Assembly: GCF_002105155.1 (NCBI RefSeq)
Contig: NW_019028981.1
Span: forward strand, 124,001-188,000
Reading direction: 5' to 3'
Length of the DNA stretch: 64,000 nt
Source of the DNA: Lobosporangium transversale
Taxonomy: Eukaryota
The notes under the pieces were generated by a model. It was not told the DNA's origin. It did no database searches and saw only the letters and a program-made list of their open reading frames with translations. Of this stretch, positions 21,948-34,531 are shown in pieces. Position numbers and translations under genes: made by a program. How positions within the stretch are numbered: position 1 is the stretch's first letter; every line of letters begins with the position of its first letter.

Positions 21948-22747
21948 TTAAGCGACAAGAGCGGAGGCAGTGGCGGACTCACTATTGGAGGAAGAAAAAA
22001 AAAAAAAACATGGTGTGCAAAATCGTGGTTGATCAAGTTAAGGCAGACGAATACCGAGCAGGATTCAATGAGGATGAAGTGCGACACTGTAAATTTTGGG
22101 TGCGAAGACGCTACCCAAAATCTACATGTCTCGCCCAGCGAATAGCTGATCATCTCACATTTCTTCCCTTTGACACTCTGACGTACTGTCGAATATAGAT
22201 TTCTGGTTTGTGCAGCTGAGGGCGAACAGCAAAAGTAGAAAACAAACATAAAGCAAGCAAAACAAATAAAGCAAACAAAACAAGACAGCAAAACAAGATC
22301 AACATAGAAGACAGGTGATTGATACTATTTCCAGGTTGGAGGGAGCTGGCCAGCGGTTTTGTAGTAGCGGGCAAGACGGTGGATACGGGACTCGATCAAG
22401 ATGAGACGGAACTTGCCGTCGCAATCCTTGCGGTTGCGTTCCAAGTGTTTGCGAACGGAAACAGCCTTTTTGATCAGATGGTAAAGGTCCTCAGGAATCT
22501 CAGGAGCAAGACCGTTGGACTTCAAGATACGAAGAATCTTGTTGCCGGTAACGTTCTTGACCTGAGCAATACCCTGGGAGTCACGAAGAATAACACCAAT
22601 CTGTGAGGGAGTCATGCCCTTCTTGGCGAGCTTAAAAATTGACTCGCAGACATCTTCAGGAGTAGCCTTCAACCAAGAAGGAGGAGAGCGCTTGTAAGGG
22701 AGAGCAGAGCTCGAGATACCCTTGCCACGGCTGTGCATGCGACCCAT
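21948..22747 (-). CDS. RPS13: 40S ribosomal protein S13 (uS15); intron 21982-22325
   Basis: [18 protein letters not shown]...[18 protein letters not shown]...LPPTWK. The last exon (21981-21948) completes [11 protein letters not shown]. Confidence 0.97.
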
Positions 22748-22856
22748 TTTGAATATATGTTCTAGCAGTTATAGAAATAATTGTAAGTTGGGGCAGTTTT
22801 TACCGTATAGTTTATCATACACCAAGTGCAGGAAGTTGATCAACACAAGGTTTAAA

Positions 22857-22940
22857 TCAGATGGTCATTTGATCTGTTTGATCTAACAATTAAGGCGTTG
22901 AGTCATTATTCCAGCTCCTATAATGTCATGGGGTCATCCG
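22857..22940 (-). ncRNA. Candidate box C/D snoRNA in the putative RPS13 5'-UTR intron (22762-23063)
   Basis: C-like CGGATGA, an 11-nt guide GGAGCTGGAAT complementary to the conserved 18S sequence AUUCCAGCUCC just before a D'-like ATGA, and a terminal D box CTGA. The C box is imperfect and there is no clear terminal stem. Confidence 0.4.
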
Positions 22941-23369
22941 AAAAAATGTTGATTTTTGACTTGTGCCATAAAAAGAACACAATCCGGTGGAAATGTTGCG
23001 AGTAGTCTAAGCGATTTTGAGGGTCGAAATCCTGAGAAATGACAAAATGATGAACCATGGTACCTTTTACTGGATGGTGCGAAAGAAAGAGAGGAAGAAA
23101 AAAAGAATGAGGACAAAAGTTTTTTTTGCTTCAGAATTAGGTGCAAAAGCCACTACAGGGGCATATAGCCCATGCGATGGCTGTGTCTACCTTCAGTCTA
23201 GCACAGAGAAACTTCAACTTTCATCTGTTCACCTCCATTCATCATCTCGCTTTGACCATTATCGACTTCCTCTTTCTTTACGGAACATACCAAACTCTAC
23301 TTCACACTACAACAATAACAGCAGCAGTTTCCCACCTACTGACCTACTTTCCATATTCTCTATAACGTG

Positions 23370-25145
23370 ATGGATGAAGTTCCCAAGAGACGGCCACCAA
23401 GTATGGCAGAGCCTCGATTTTTGAACTTGTATCACAGTCTCAGTTAGAGCAATCCTCTAACGATGCGAATACAAACTCTCATCTGCTTATAGATACCTCA
23501 TTCAAGCAACAGCGCTTGAAGGCATGGCAACCAATCCTGACTGCAAAGACTGTCCTTCCCACCTATTTCATTATCGGCATCTTGTTCGCACCGTTAGGTG
23601 GTTTACTTGTGTGGAGGAATAACCAGGTATGAGCTTAGAATACTAAAACCTCCTAGACTTTATTAAAGCACAAAGGCCAAATGGCGGCCGACGTAGTAGA
23701 GTCAACAAGCAACAGCATGGTGAACATGAATAGCATACTTAAGCTATACTTTTATTTTATTTTTATTTTAGGTATCAGAGCTGTCATTTGAGTATACAGC
23801 CTGCAAAGATGCAATGACAAAGACAGTAGTTCCCGAATCAACTTTTGTGCACTCTTCAGCAGTTGGACAGTTCGACAAGCCTACATATATGATTCTGCGA
23901 GACCAGAACCAATCTGTTAGTTCACCTATTGACAATTCCGCTGAACCCTACGTCTACACGGTTCAGCGATGCTCAGTCCAGGTTACCATTCCAGTAGATT
24001 TGCAACCGCCTGTGATGCTTTATTACAAACTCACTAACTTTTATCAGAATCATCGCAAATATACCAAGAGCCTCGATCACAAGCAACTTAGTGGTGAGGC
24101 CAGTTCATTGGAGGAGATAAGATCGAGGAAAGGCTGTCCTCCCAGCGATGAACTGATCTATCCATGCGGCTTTATCGCCAATTCAATGTTCAATGGTAAA
24201 AAGGGGAGAGGGTGTAGTCATGCCTATCCTGTGTTTTTTTTGCCTTTTTTTCCTTGCTCCAGTGACAATCACATGACAGAGCTATTATTAAACAACAGCA
24301 ATTCACCTATTCACATTTGTTCGTATAGATACTATCAGTGATCTATTTCAGGTGGCAAGTGAGGGTCATGGGGTTATTTACGCTTTTGAGCACACAGGAA
24401 TCGCTTTAGCTGCAGACAAAGGGAAATATGGTAAAACCAAGTATACAGACTTTACCACCGTCCGTCCACCTCCTTATTGGGCTGGACGTTGGCCAGGCGG
24501 AGAATATTCCACAATTTTCCCCCCTCCTGATCTTTCTACTGACGAGCATTTTCAAGTCTGGATGAGGACTTCAGGATGGCCCACCTTCTTGAAGCCATAT
24601 GGCCGTAACGACAAGGATATCCTAAGAGCTGGAGACTATCAAATGTCGATTGATATGAGTATGCATGGCTCATAAGTTTTTGATTTTTGTATTCAACGAG
24701 GTTCTTTTTGCCGACGAAATTAATTTGCTAATAACCGTTGTCTTTGTCTTGTTTGTTTTATTCTGACAGACTTTCCTATTGAGACTTATGGTGGAAAGAA
24801 GTATATTGTTATTTCGACCATCGGTGCCATTGGAGGGCGTAACAACTTTTTGGGTATTATATTCATTGTGACCGCCATTCTTTGTGCAGGTTTGGGAGTC
24901 ATCTTCACTGCATTCCACATCATTAAACCACGGTAAGAATGAGAGTACTTGGTGCATTGTCTAGTTCTTGATATTTACTGGTTGGGTATCTAACATTGAG
25001 GAAAACCCACTTTTTCTTTTATAGTATCATTGGCGATCACTCCAAGATCTCATTTGGAGCTGAAGCAACAGTGCATACACGTTCCGCAAACAGAGCAGAT
25101 GATGTGGGCGGCAACCGCATACGGTCTCGTTATGAAGACGATTAA
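23370..25145 (+). CDS. CDC50: CDC50/LEM3 family P4-ATPase flippase beta subunit; multi-exon
   Basis: [77 protein letters not shown] and GGRNNFLGI. Stop TAA at 25143-25145. Confidence 0.9.
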
Positions 25146-25345
25146 AGATCCCTGAAAACAGATAGAAGGAGTTGAAGATCCAATATCATAGTACTTTGAC
25201 ATTTATCTTATTAAATATTAGTTCAGATAATCTTTTATCGAAGAAGCGGTTGACAAAAAGCCACTCATCATCCTCGCGGGTTTTTCCTCAAGAATAGGAA
25301 CCAATTTTTTAAAAAAAGAATTCACTTTTTTCTTCTCATTTCACC

Positions 25346-27245
25346 ATGTTCCGCATTCACACTGCGACCAAGGTCCTTCGGGTCGGATGTGGGCGTGGTT
25401 TCCACAACACCGTTTCACAGTTTTTTGATTCTGCCATTATTGGCTTGCATGCGGATGGTCAGCTCTTGATCCCTCGTTCCATTGCTTCTGATGGCAAGGA
25501 GGCCCTTGCAGCACTAGTCAAGTCTGCAGGTGTGAAAGGCAAAGCAGGCGAGAGTCGTGTTCTGTATGGCAATTTCGGGTTGGGTTCTGATATTCAGAAA
25601 GTGGCCGTCGTAGGCTTGGGCAAACAAGGAACAAGTGCTGCTGCGAAGGACAGAGTTCGCATGGCTGTATGTTTTTTTTTTTTTTTTTTTTTTTCTCTAA
25701 TCAAATGATGGCGCTTGGTATCAACAATAATTACCAATCCTTATAAAATGAATTTATTTTATTTCTTAATAGGCTGCCACAGGAGTCAAGGCATTAAAAG
25801 CACAGGAAGCAAAGGACATTGGACTTGCTGGAATGGGTCACGATCAAGCAGCAGCAGAGGGCGCATCATTAGGATTGTACAATTTTAACTATTTCAAATC
25901 CGGTAAGAAGAGTGCTCCCAGCAACATCAAGATCTCAGCGCTTGATCTCAATAGTCAAAGTCCTGATGAAATCCGGGCATTTCAAAATGGATTGATTCAG
26001 GCTAAGGCTCAAAACTTGGCCAGGATCTTGATGGAAACCCCTAGTAACCATATGACGCCAACTCTCTTCGTCGAGAGATTTCAAAAGGAGATCGAGACCT
26101 TGGGTGCCGATAGCGGTATTGATATCACGAAACTTAAGATTACAGTAAGGGATCAAGCGTGGGCAGAGCAGAATAAAATGGGTGCTTTCTTGAGTGTGGC
26201 AAAAGGAAGTGATGAGCCATTGAGGTTTTTGGAGATTGAGTATCAAGGAGGCAAGAAGGATGATCGACCTTTAGCCCTTGTTGGAAAGGGTGTTACATTT
26301 GATTCGTAAGTATTTTAAGGCCCTATTCTCCTGTGGTTATTTCCAGCCAACTTTTTATCGTCAATTCGTGTTTTTATACTCTGCTGACAGGAGCTTTTTA
26401 TCGTGTCTGGATTCTTTCTTAGTGGTGGAATTTCAATCAAGCCTTCAGCTAACATGGGGATGATGAAGGGCGACATGGGCGGCGCTGCTACAGTAGCAGG
26501 AGCTATCTGGGGTATTGCTGCGTTAAACCTCCCCATCAATGTTGTCGCTGGAATCCCTCTCTGTGAAAACATGCCCTCAGGTAGGGCTAACAAGCCTGGT
26601 GATGTAGTGACCTCTATGTCTGGCAAAACTATTGAGGTTGACAATACGGATGCAGAAGGTCGTCTCATCCTGGCCGATGCACTCACCTACATCTCCAAGA
26701 CCTACAAGCCTCATACACTAATCGATCTAGCCACATTGACCGGAGCCATGGATGTAGCTCTTGGTAGCGCCTATGCTGGAGTCTTCTCCACCAGTAATTC
26801 GCTCTGGACAGAGCTAGATGCTGCTGGCGAAGAGGCTCACGAAGCGTTCTGGAGGATGCCTCTTCATAGTATCTACTTACCGCAGATCACAACTAACACT
26901 ATTGCAGATTTGATAAACACCGGAGGCAGAAGTGCTGGCAGCTGCACTGCAGCCGTCTTCTTGAGAGAGTTTGTCCATGGTATTGAGAGGGACGATGGCT
27001 TCGCAAAAGTTGAGGGTGAGCCTTCCACTGAGGTTGGAAAGCCTCTTGATGGAGACGAAGAAGGATCCACTCTTCCCGAGAGTTTAAAGCCCGGTAGTGT
27101 GCGATATGCACATATCGATATTGCTGGCGTCATGGATACACAGAGCAACAGTGGATACTATGCTAAGGGTATGACGGGCCGTCCTGCGAGAGCTTTGATT
27201 GAATTCGCAAAGATTACATCCTCATCCTCATCCTCATCAAAGTAA
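25346..27245 (+). CDS. M17 leucyl aminopeptidase (LAP3/PepA-like) with a possible mitochondrial presequence; 3 exons
   Basis: VGKGVTFDSGGISIKP, MKGDMGGAA, NTDAEGRLILADAL, DLATLTGA and HIDIAG. Confidence 0.93.
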
Positions 27246-27351
27246 AGGGAAGCAGCTAAATAAATAAATAAATAAAAGTGACTTTCAAGAATGGGATCAT
27301 CGAATAATTTTGATTTGTATTGTTATTCATACATATTTCGCGTGTTTTCAT

Positions 27352-30300
27352 CTATCTGGAATCGAGCTGTGCACGCTGAGAAGCCATCGCAGATTTACGA
27401 GTTGGCCCACCACCGCTTTCTACCACCTGGTTGATCATATCTTGGAGTTCCTTGGTTCTACAAATACTATTGTCAAGATCATGATCTTGGCTCTTACTCT
27501 TGTTCTCGTTCTTGCTCTTACTTTTGCTCTTGCTCTTGCTCTTGCTCTTGCTTTCGCTTATGACCTCTATTGCTGAGGTGGATGTCAGTTTAGAGAGACC
27601 GGTTTTGGATTTATTTTGATGATTTGAGGATGACAATGGTGACGGCATATCAGCATCCTGGTTATCCATCCTTCTGCCAGAAGCTCGCTCAATTTTGCTG
27701 ATGATGCCTTGCAGCGCCATGCTTTGAGCCTTCCCTTCTGTTAACGTGAATCGCTGCATAGCATATGCTTTGGAAGTAGCAGAAGCTGATTGTTGGTACA
27801 GCGTGTTTGTGAGACGGGTCATATCCTTAAGCAGCACATTTTCAGGCGATTGCCAGTCCTATAAATATTGAATCAGATATAATATGTTCAAAAAGGTGCC
27901 AATGCTAAAAATAAGAGAAAATATATACATAGAGGTTCAGAGATATGGAGATAAAGGGCAATGCTTACTTGATCTGACATGCGCAGCCTTTCACCGCGCT
28001 CAATTGTATCGACCATTCGTGCGCCGTCCAATTTCCATTGGAGGCGCGGACTGAACTCTGCACGCTGTGCCGAATAGCTTGTCGCTTTGGCCGCAGACTC
28101 CACAATTTGGCTTACTAGCTTATCCAAGTCCCTGTTGCGCTCGGCGTTCAGTCGTTGCTGCTGTTTAGCAGATGATGATGATGATGACATTCGCGTAGGT
28201 GATATTCTGTCCGTATGTCCTTTCGATAACCGATCAAGCGTGTGAGCAATATTAGCTCGCGTCATTCTTTCTTTTAGAGTAGGAGAGAACTGCACTCGTT
28301 GGTTATCCAATCGCGGTGCCACCTTCGAGAGCCTTTCGATGGCTGACATGACATTGTTTAGATCGAATCGTGTCTTTTCATCATCAAGAGTGCCACTTAC
28401 ACTCATGTGACCATTCAAAGTGTTTTGGTTGGTGGTCGCCTTTCGAATCGCACTATTCCCATTGGACACCATAGAAGCTTCCTCGTCCAACTTTTCAGGG
28501 ACGTATTGTGGAGCGAGGTCTTCGTCATACTCTGGAAGATCATCATTTAATGCGGCCATGTCTAGTGTCTGTTGATCAAAATTATGCAACAGCTTTAATG
28601 AGTGTGTGACGGAGGCTGTTGAGGAAAGTGCAGGTACTTGATTGCGGTCATGGAAGGGGTTCACAGCCCCATTTGCGTCCACAGCCCCCTCTGTATTCCC
28701 GTTATGCGCTTCATCATCGTGGCTAATGTCTTCTAGGCTCTCGCAAAACCTCCACAAATGCGTCAACTCATCCATGAGCTTATCGAGCTCTGCCCAGTCA
28801 TGTTCAAGCTCTTTTATGCTGCTAGCTTGCAATGTATTCTCAGAATAGAGATCTTCTCCTTTGTTTGAGGACTCTAGCCTAAGACCTGATAGGACTCTAC
28901 CCTGTAAGGATTTGTAAGCCGTTGTTACCTCTATCTGGGACGTTGACTGTGTTCTGCGGCTTTTGAGCGTTCGAACTTGCTTATTAAAAGACTGCATAAA
29001 GCTATTCGTTACCCCAGCTCCCCCAGCCGCTGTTGTCGCTGATGACGGTGTTGTTGCTGCTGCTCCTATAGAATCCTTGAGTAGAGTACCTTTCAGTGGC
29101 GATAAAGGGCTAGGCGGGACCATTGATTTCTTACTCTTTTGAGATACTAAATCTGAAGCCGAAGTTAAAGTGGAAGGTAAAGCTGATAGCGGGGACAGAG
29201 GTTGACGAAGAGTACTCTTAGTACTAAATGAATTAGACGAGAGTCTTTTCCAGAGTCGTGCTGCTTGATCTAAGCCAGAATCCGCAGACTCGGTGCGTTG
29301 TGGCGTACGTGGTTGTTGTTGCTGCTGTATATTATTGAGAATACGGTATATGCAGGCTAGCATCGCAGCCAAAGCACAGGCTAATTGGTATTCCTGGCTA
29401 TCAAACAATTTTGTGCAGGTCAGACTTTTCTGCTCGAGCTGCTGCTGCTCATCCTGTGGCACCAACTCTTGTGAGCGGCTTGTGGGTATATCAAAGGATT
29501 CATGTAGTAGTGCTTCGTGGGCTTGGTTATCGGGCAATTTTGATGGACAAAGCTGCTCATCGCCCAACGCAGATAGTTGATCGATTTTTCGTTCCAGTTC
29601 ATCCAGTCGCTCAAACGAAGAGGTTGCTATTCCCGCGATTGGTGTAATTGAGATGAATTTTTGTTTCCTAGGCGGTGACGATCCCAACATTGAATGTGAA
29701 ACTTCTAGGTTTTGAGTCTGTTGTAGTTGTTGTTGTTGCGGCTGTTGAAGCAGTTCAGATTGATGCTCATGCTTGAGTAGATCAAGTAGTGGAGCGGAGC
29801 TGCGTCGGATAAAAGCACGCGCTTGAATGGTTGTTTCGTCTGGATTATGAACGGGATCACAGGCGGTAACATCAGAAACAACCTGTTGCAGCAATCCATC
29901 CAGAGCTAGCATAGTTATGTTCTTGAGCGATTGTAGCGATTCAATGACCTCCTAATGTCATTGTATGGCCATTGTCATCATCCGAGATACGGTTGAAAGT
30001 GAAGTAATAAAGATGATCAAATGTCTTCATTGCGTTAGTCACTCAACCACATTGTGATGATGATAAAGAAGAAGGGGAAAAAAAAAATTTCACTTGGGCC
30101 ATTGCCTGGAACTGATATAATCATCACAACGTTACCTCTTGTTCAGTCATAGTCTTGTTCTCTGAGACTGATTCACCTGTAACCGGACAAGGCTCGTAGG
30201 TTGATATTGGACAAGGACGTATGACTAGCCTTGGCGGTAGTCCTCTCTCATCTAGACTCGGAAGCGAATGATCATAGAGCGTACCGTGGTATATCTTTGG

Positions 30301-30945
30301 CCGTGAGGATTGCTCTGCTTCCTGCTGTTGTTTTTTAGTGCTAGTGTATAGATGTGATGGTGGTTGATATTGCAGGCTCAATTGCATCTGCATCTCCTGT
30401 TGTCGTTGCTGTTCCTGATGTGCCTTAGAAAGGTACTCCTCGATCTTGGTTGAGTGGGCCTTGGCTGTGGACCCAACAAGGGGCTCTGTATCTGCAGCGG
30501 TTGTCATGACTAGGGGAGTTGGGGATTTAGTGATGATAGGAACCATATCTCCAAAATCACTGGGAATATCTACAGTGTCATTGATAGAGAAATTATTTCG
30601 AATAGTGCCAGCATCCTCTACGTCAGTAGCAGGTGAAGTAAATGTGCCCTGTCGATCAAAAAAACTGAGATCAAGAGTGGTTGTGGTAATATGCTGCGTG
30701 GTATTGTTGATGGTGTTTAATGATCTGTCCATCTGGCGCTCAAGTAAGAGATCAGGTTGCCAGGGTTCATTCTCCAGACGATTAATGATCATCATATCTT
30801 CTTCTTCTTCCCCATATGCTGTTGCGCCTGCTGAACGGCGCCTGGAACGGCTCTGGATCAATGAGTTGAGTTGGAGGAAAAGAGTGGAAAGTCGGATAAT
30901 TATGTTTAAAATTTCATGTAGAAAAGGCCAATTGCTTGTTATCAT
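27352..30945 (-). CDS. Large hypothetical protein with low-complexity and helical regions; at least 3 exons, start uncertain (possibly 31020)
   Basis: Consecutive minus-strand ORFs of 273, 674 and 161 aa separated by intron-like gaps (for example donor GTAAGC at ~27968). Internally repeated RLDNQRVQF / YSAQRAEF / RMSDQ / RMDNQDA motif. No family recognised. Confidence 0.65.
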
Positions 30946-32131
30946 TCCTTATTAGGATCAGAATGCTTGCCCTAGTTTTTTTACCTTTGACTTCTTTTTG
31001 GAGAGCATAGCAACTGCCATTGTTAGAGTAGGATATTATGAGGTATTAGAAGAATGTCAGAAAAGGAAATGGGGTCCAAATGGACGAGAGATGATGACAA
31101 GATGAGGGCGACTTGGGACTGTGGAGATGAGAGAAAAAAGAGGTTCTGTTTCAATAGCAAAGGCGGGAAAGTGGGATATTATTAACGCTTATGAGCGCGG
31201 GACAAATTGGTCAGTGTGTTTTGTTTTGAGTGTGGAGGAAATAGGATAGATAAAAGGACAGTGGGGTAAAGTGTAAATGAGAGAAAGAAGAGGTGGAAGA
31301 CAAAAACATCAATGAACTTTATGTGGATATGGATTCAAGGATGCATGCAACGCATGCGTCCTTCTTGAAGACCAATGCAATGGTTATTAACAAGTTTGGT
31401 TCATCACTCTATCTTTAATGAAAAGCAAGATTGAAAGTTAAGCAAACAATTACTTTTTTTATTTTATTTTTTGTCTTTTGCTCTTGCGCATGCTTTTGCT
31501 TTTTGCTCTTATTTATTTATTTATTTATTTTTTATTTTTTATTTATTTTTTGGTCCATCGCGTGCTTGCCCTGTTCCTCTTTCTGTGTGTACCTTTCTTT
31601 CCCCCCTCCTTTTGAACAAACAGCTCCTTCATTTCCTTATGTCTCCTTTAATCGTTAATATACATGTACGGGGCAAGAAATAAGGAGCAACCGAGTAATA
31701 AAACACACCAATTTGCATAAAAAAAAGAAACAACAATGGAACCATACAAAAAGCGGGGTTCGATTAGGAGAATTAGGGGACTATGAATCAGAAGAAAAGT
31801 TGTAGCCAGTGCGTTGCATCTTCCCGCCCAGCGTTGCACTTTGGTACTGAATGTTGTCAAACATGAACGTAGAAACACAAAAAAAGGGTCAGGGCAAAGG
31901 GCCATGACGAAGGAAATGCATGATCGTGACGATATATACCAATGGAGACGCGTATCCTAAGAATCCAATAAGGTCATGTTTTTTGTCCAATCGCATGGCA
32001 CTGTGTTAATTCCTATGCACAGGTATGCACGTCGTTAAGAACGTGATCTATCAATTATTGAAAAAAAGAATAGATCGGAAACCTTGCAAGATAGCATTTC
32101 TCTTTTTTTTTTTTTTTTTTTTTTTCTTCCA

Positions 32132-32463
32132 ATGTTCACTTCTCGTATCTCCTCCTTTTATCCTCTTTACACCCACAGATCCATCCTATTTGCACGTCGA
32201 TTCATGTCTACTGCTATCGCTTTGAATCCCTCAGAATTTGTTGATTTCAAACTCAAGAACATTGAGTCTTTGACTCACAATACTTCGAGGTTCACGTTTG
32301 AACTTCCCGAGCACCAGTCTTTGGGTCTTCATGTAGCTTCTTGCATCCTTACTAAATTCATTGGCCCTGATGGCAAGCCGGTCATTCGTCCTTACACCCC
32401 CACTTCGGAAACCTATGTCAAGGGATCGTGGGACTTGATCATCAAGCGCTATGATAGTAAATG

Positions 32464-32497
<34 letters not shown>

Positions 32498-33332
32498 ATA
32501 ATAATTGCGGCACTCATAACCTGGAGAGGAAAAAGAAAACAAAACAACTAGAGTGGATGAACTAACTCCAATGGCTTTTTTTGACCTTGTATTTCTCTGT
32601 ATGTAAAAAGCTGGCATAATGTCCTCACATATCCACAATCTTAAGGTTGGTGACACCCTTTCAGTGAAAGGTACGAAGATAGCAGAGACATTGGAGGAGG
32701 CGCAATCTAGGAAACTAAAAAAAGAAAAAAGAAGGCATCCTATCCAATCAATGGCTGGATATGACAACGAAAAGCGAATTATATATCTACATCAGAAAGA
32801 TACACAATACAGATGCAGCACATGATGAAGGAAGGAAAGTAGAGAGAGAAAGAATCGACTATCCCTCTCCTGATCCGCCGTGAATTGAAGCTTTTTGGGA
32901 TGTCAAATTAGCCGTTGGTATAAATACTAATCACCAATCTCAATCTACGCCCTCGTTTTCACACTAGGCCCAATCTCAAAGTATCCTTTGAAGGTGAATC
33001 AGCACAAGTCAATAGCTTTGATCGCTGGTGGTTCTGGTTTGACACCCATCCTTCAATTGATCTACAGTATCCTTCATGACAAAGAGGATGTGACCAAGAT
33101 CAACTTTATTTTTGCAAATGTTACTCCAGACGATATTATCCTCAAAGATGTTCTCGACGAGTTGGTGAAGACGCATCCAGATCAGCTCAAGGTGACCTAT
33201 GTGGTTAGCAGACCCCCTGCTGAAGGTTGGATCGGGGAGACTGGACGTGTGAATGCTGAAATGATTAGAAGACACGTTCCAGAAATTGGAACAGAAGGCA
33301 ATAAAGTCTTTGTCTGCGGTCCTCCAGGTAGG

Positions 33333-33363
<31 letters not shown>

Positions 33364-33552
33364 CTCAAGAAAAGAGCTTTCTTCCATTTGTTGTCACATC
33401 TAATTTTTTTTATTTTATTTTTTTTTATTTGGTGATGTCCAGGTATGATGAACGCAATTAGTGGACCCAAGAATCCCGATCTCACGCAGGGCGAGCTCAT
33501 TGGGGCACTAAAGGACCTTGGTCTTACTTCTGAGCAAGTTTTCAAGTTTTAG
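32132..33552 (+). CDS. NADH-cytochrome b5 reductase (MCR1/CBR family); 4 exons
   Basis: FAD-binding RPYTP, GIMSSHIHNLKVGDTLSVKGP, NAD-binding IAGGSGLTPILQ, VFVCGPPGMM, and C-terminus QGELIGALKDLGLTSEQVFKF*. Presequence-like N-terminus MFTSRISSF...ARRFMST. Confidence 0.92.
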
Positions 33553-34531
33553 ACATGGTAACAATAAAGATCGATAGAGGTATACAAAGAAAATATTTCT
33601 CACAAGATGAAGGATAGCTGCTGGAGTGAGGTGTTGTTGACGAAGGTTAGACCAAATGTTGACTGTATACTTTGTTCCTGGAGGGAACCAATGTAGCTAA
33701 GAAGAAGACGCCGTAGTGTTTCTGGAATGTATGTTTTGAGATCCATGTTTACTGAGGAGGATTAAGGGCTGATATAATGTTGATTTGAGATTCAATCGAG
33801 ACGGTTATCTGGATGATGCCATGGTGAATGTCGGTTCTCAATCGATTTCCTTGCGACTTTTGTATAGAGATACGCCTTTGATACAAAGAGAATTTGCATC
33901 TGGGTGTGTGCGTGTGAGATGTGCGCTTGGGATTGGACAGCAAGACTGCATGCAATTTGTGTACACGTAGATCACATCCCTGTTAGGCAACCAACTTACT
34001 TTGTTCCAAAAAGAATTGCATCTCTAGAATGCTGAAAAGAACCCTGGATCGACATTCAGTGATCCGATATGCTCAGCGGCTGGAAAGAAAGAAAAAATAA
34101 TTTGAAAAATACTGCCAAGACCAAGGGAAAAATGTCTCTTTGAACAATTTGTTTGAGGCAACGGGCTATTAAAAAAAAAAAAGCTTCCATTGCAATTGAC
34201 GATCGGTGGTACCAATTTTCTCTTCCTGTGTTCAGAGGAGGAGAAAAAGGGAGTGTGCAAATGTGTTCTATTTCTTTGACACAACTCTCATCATCTCTGC
34301 TTTTTTAAATGTATTTATTCATTCATCTTTTTTTCCTCTCATCACTATACTTTTAACTTCTTTCTCTCTCTCTTTCTCTTTTCTCTTTTCTCTTTCACTT
34401 TTTTGTTTTCTTTTTCTCCTTCCTATACTGCTATTTCTTGATGCAGAGGACCGACTGTCGCCAACCACTGCTTATACACCATTTATATCTTCACCTCTTC
34501 CACCTACGCCATTCATACACCAAGGACCATT

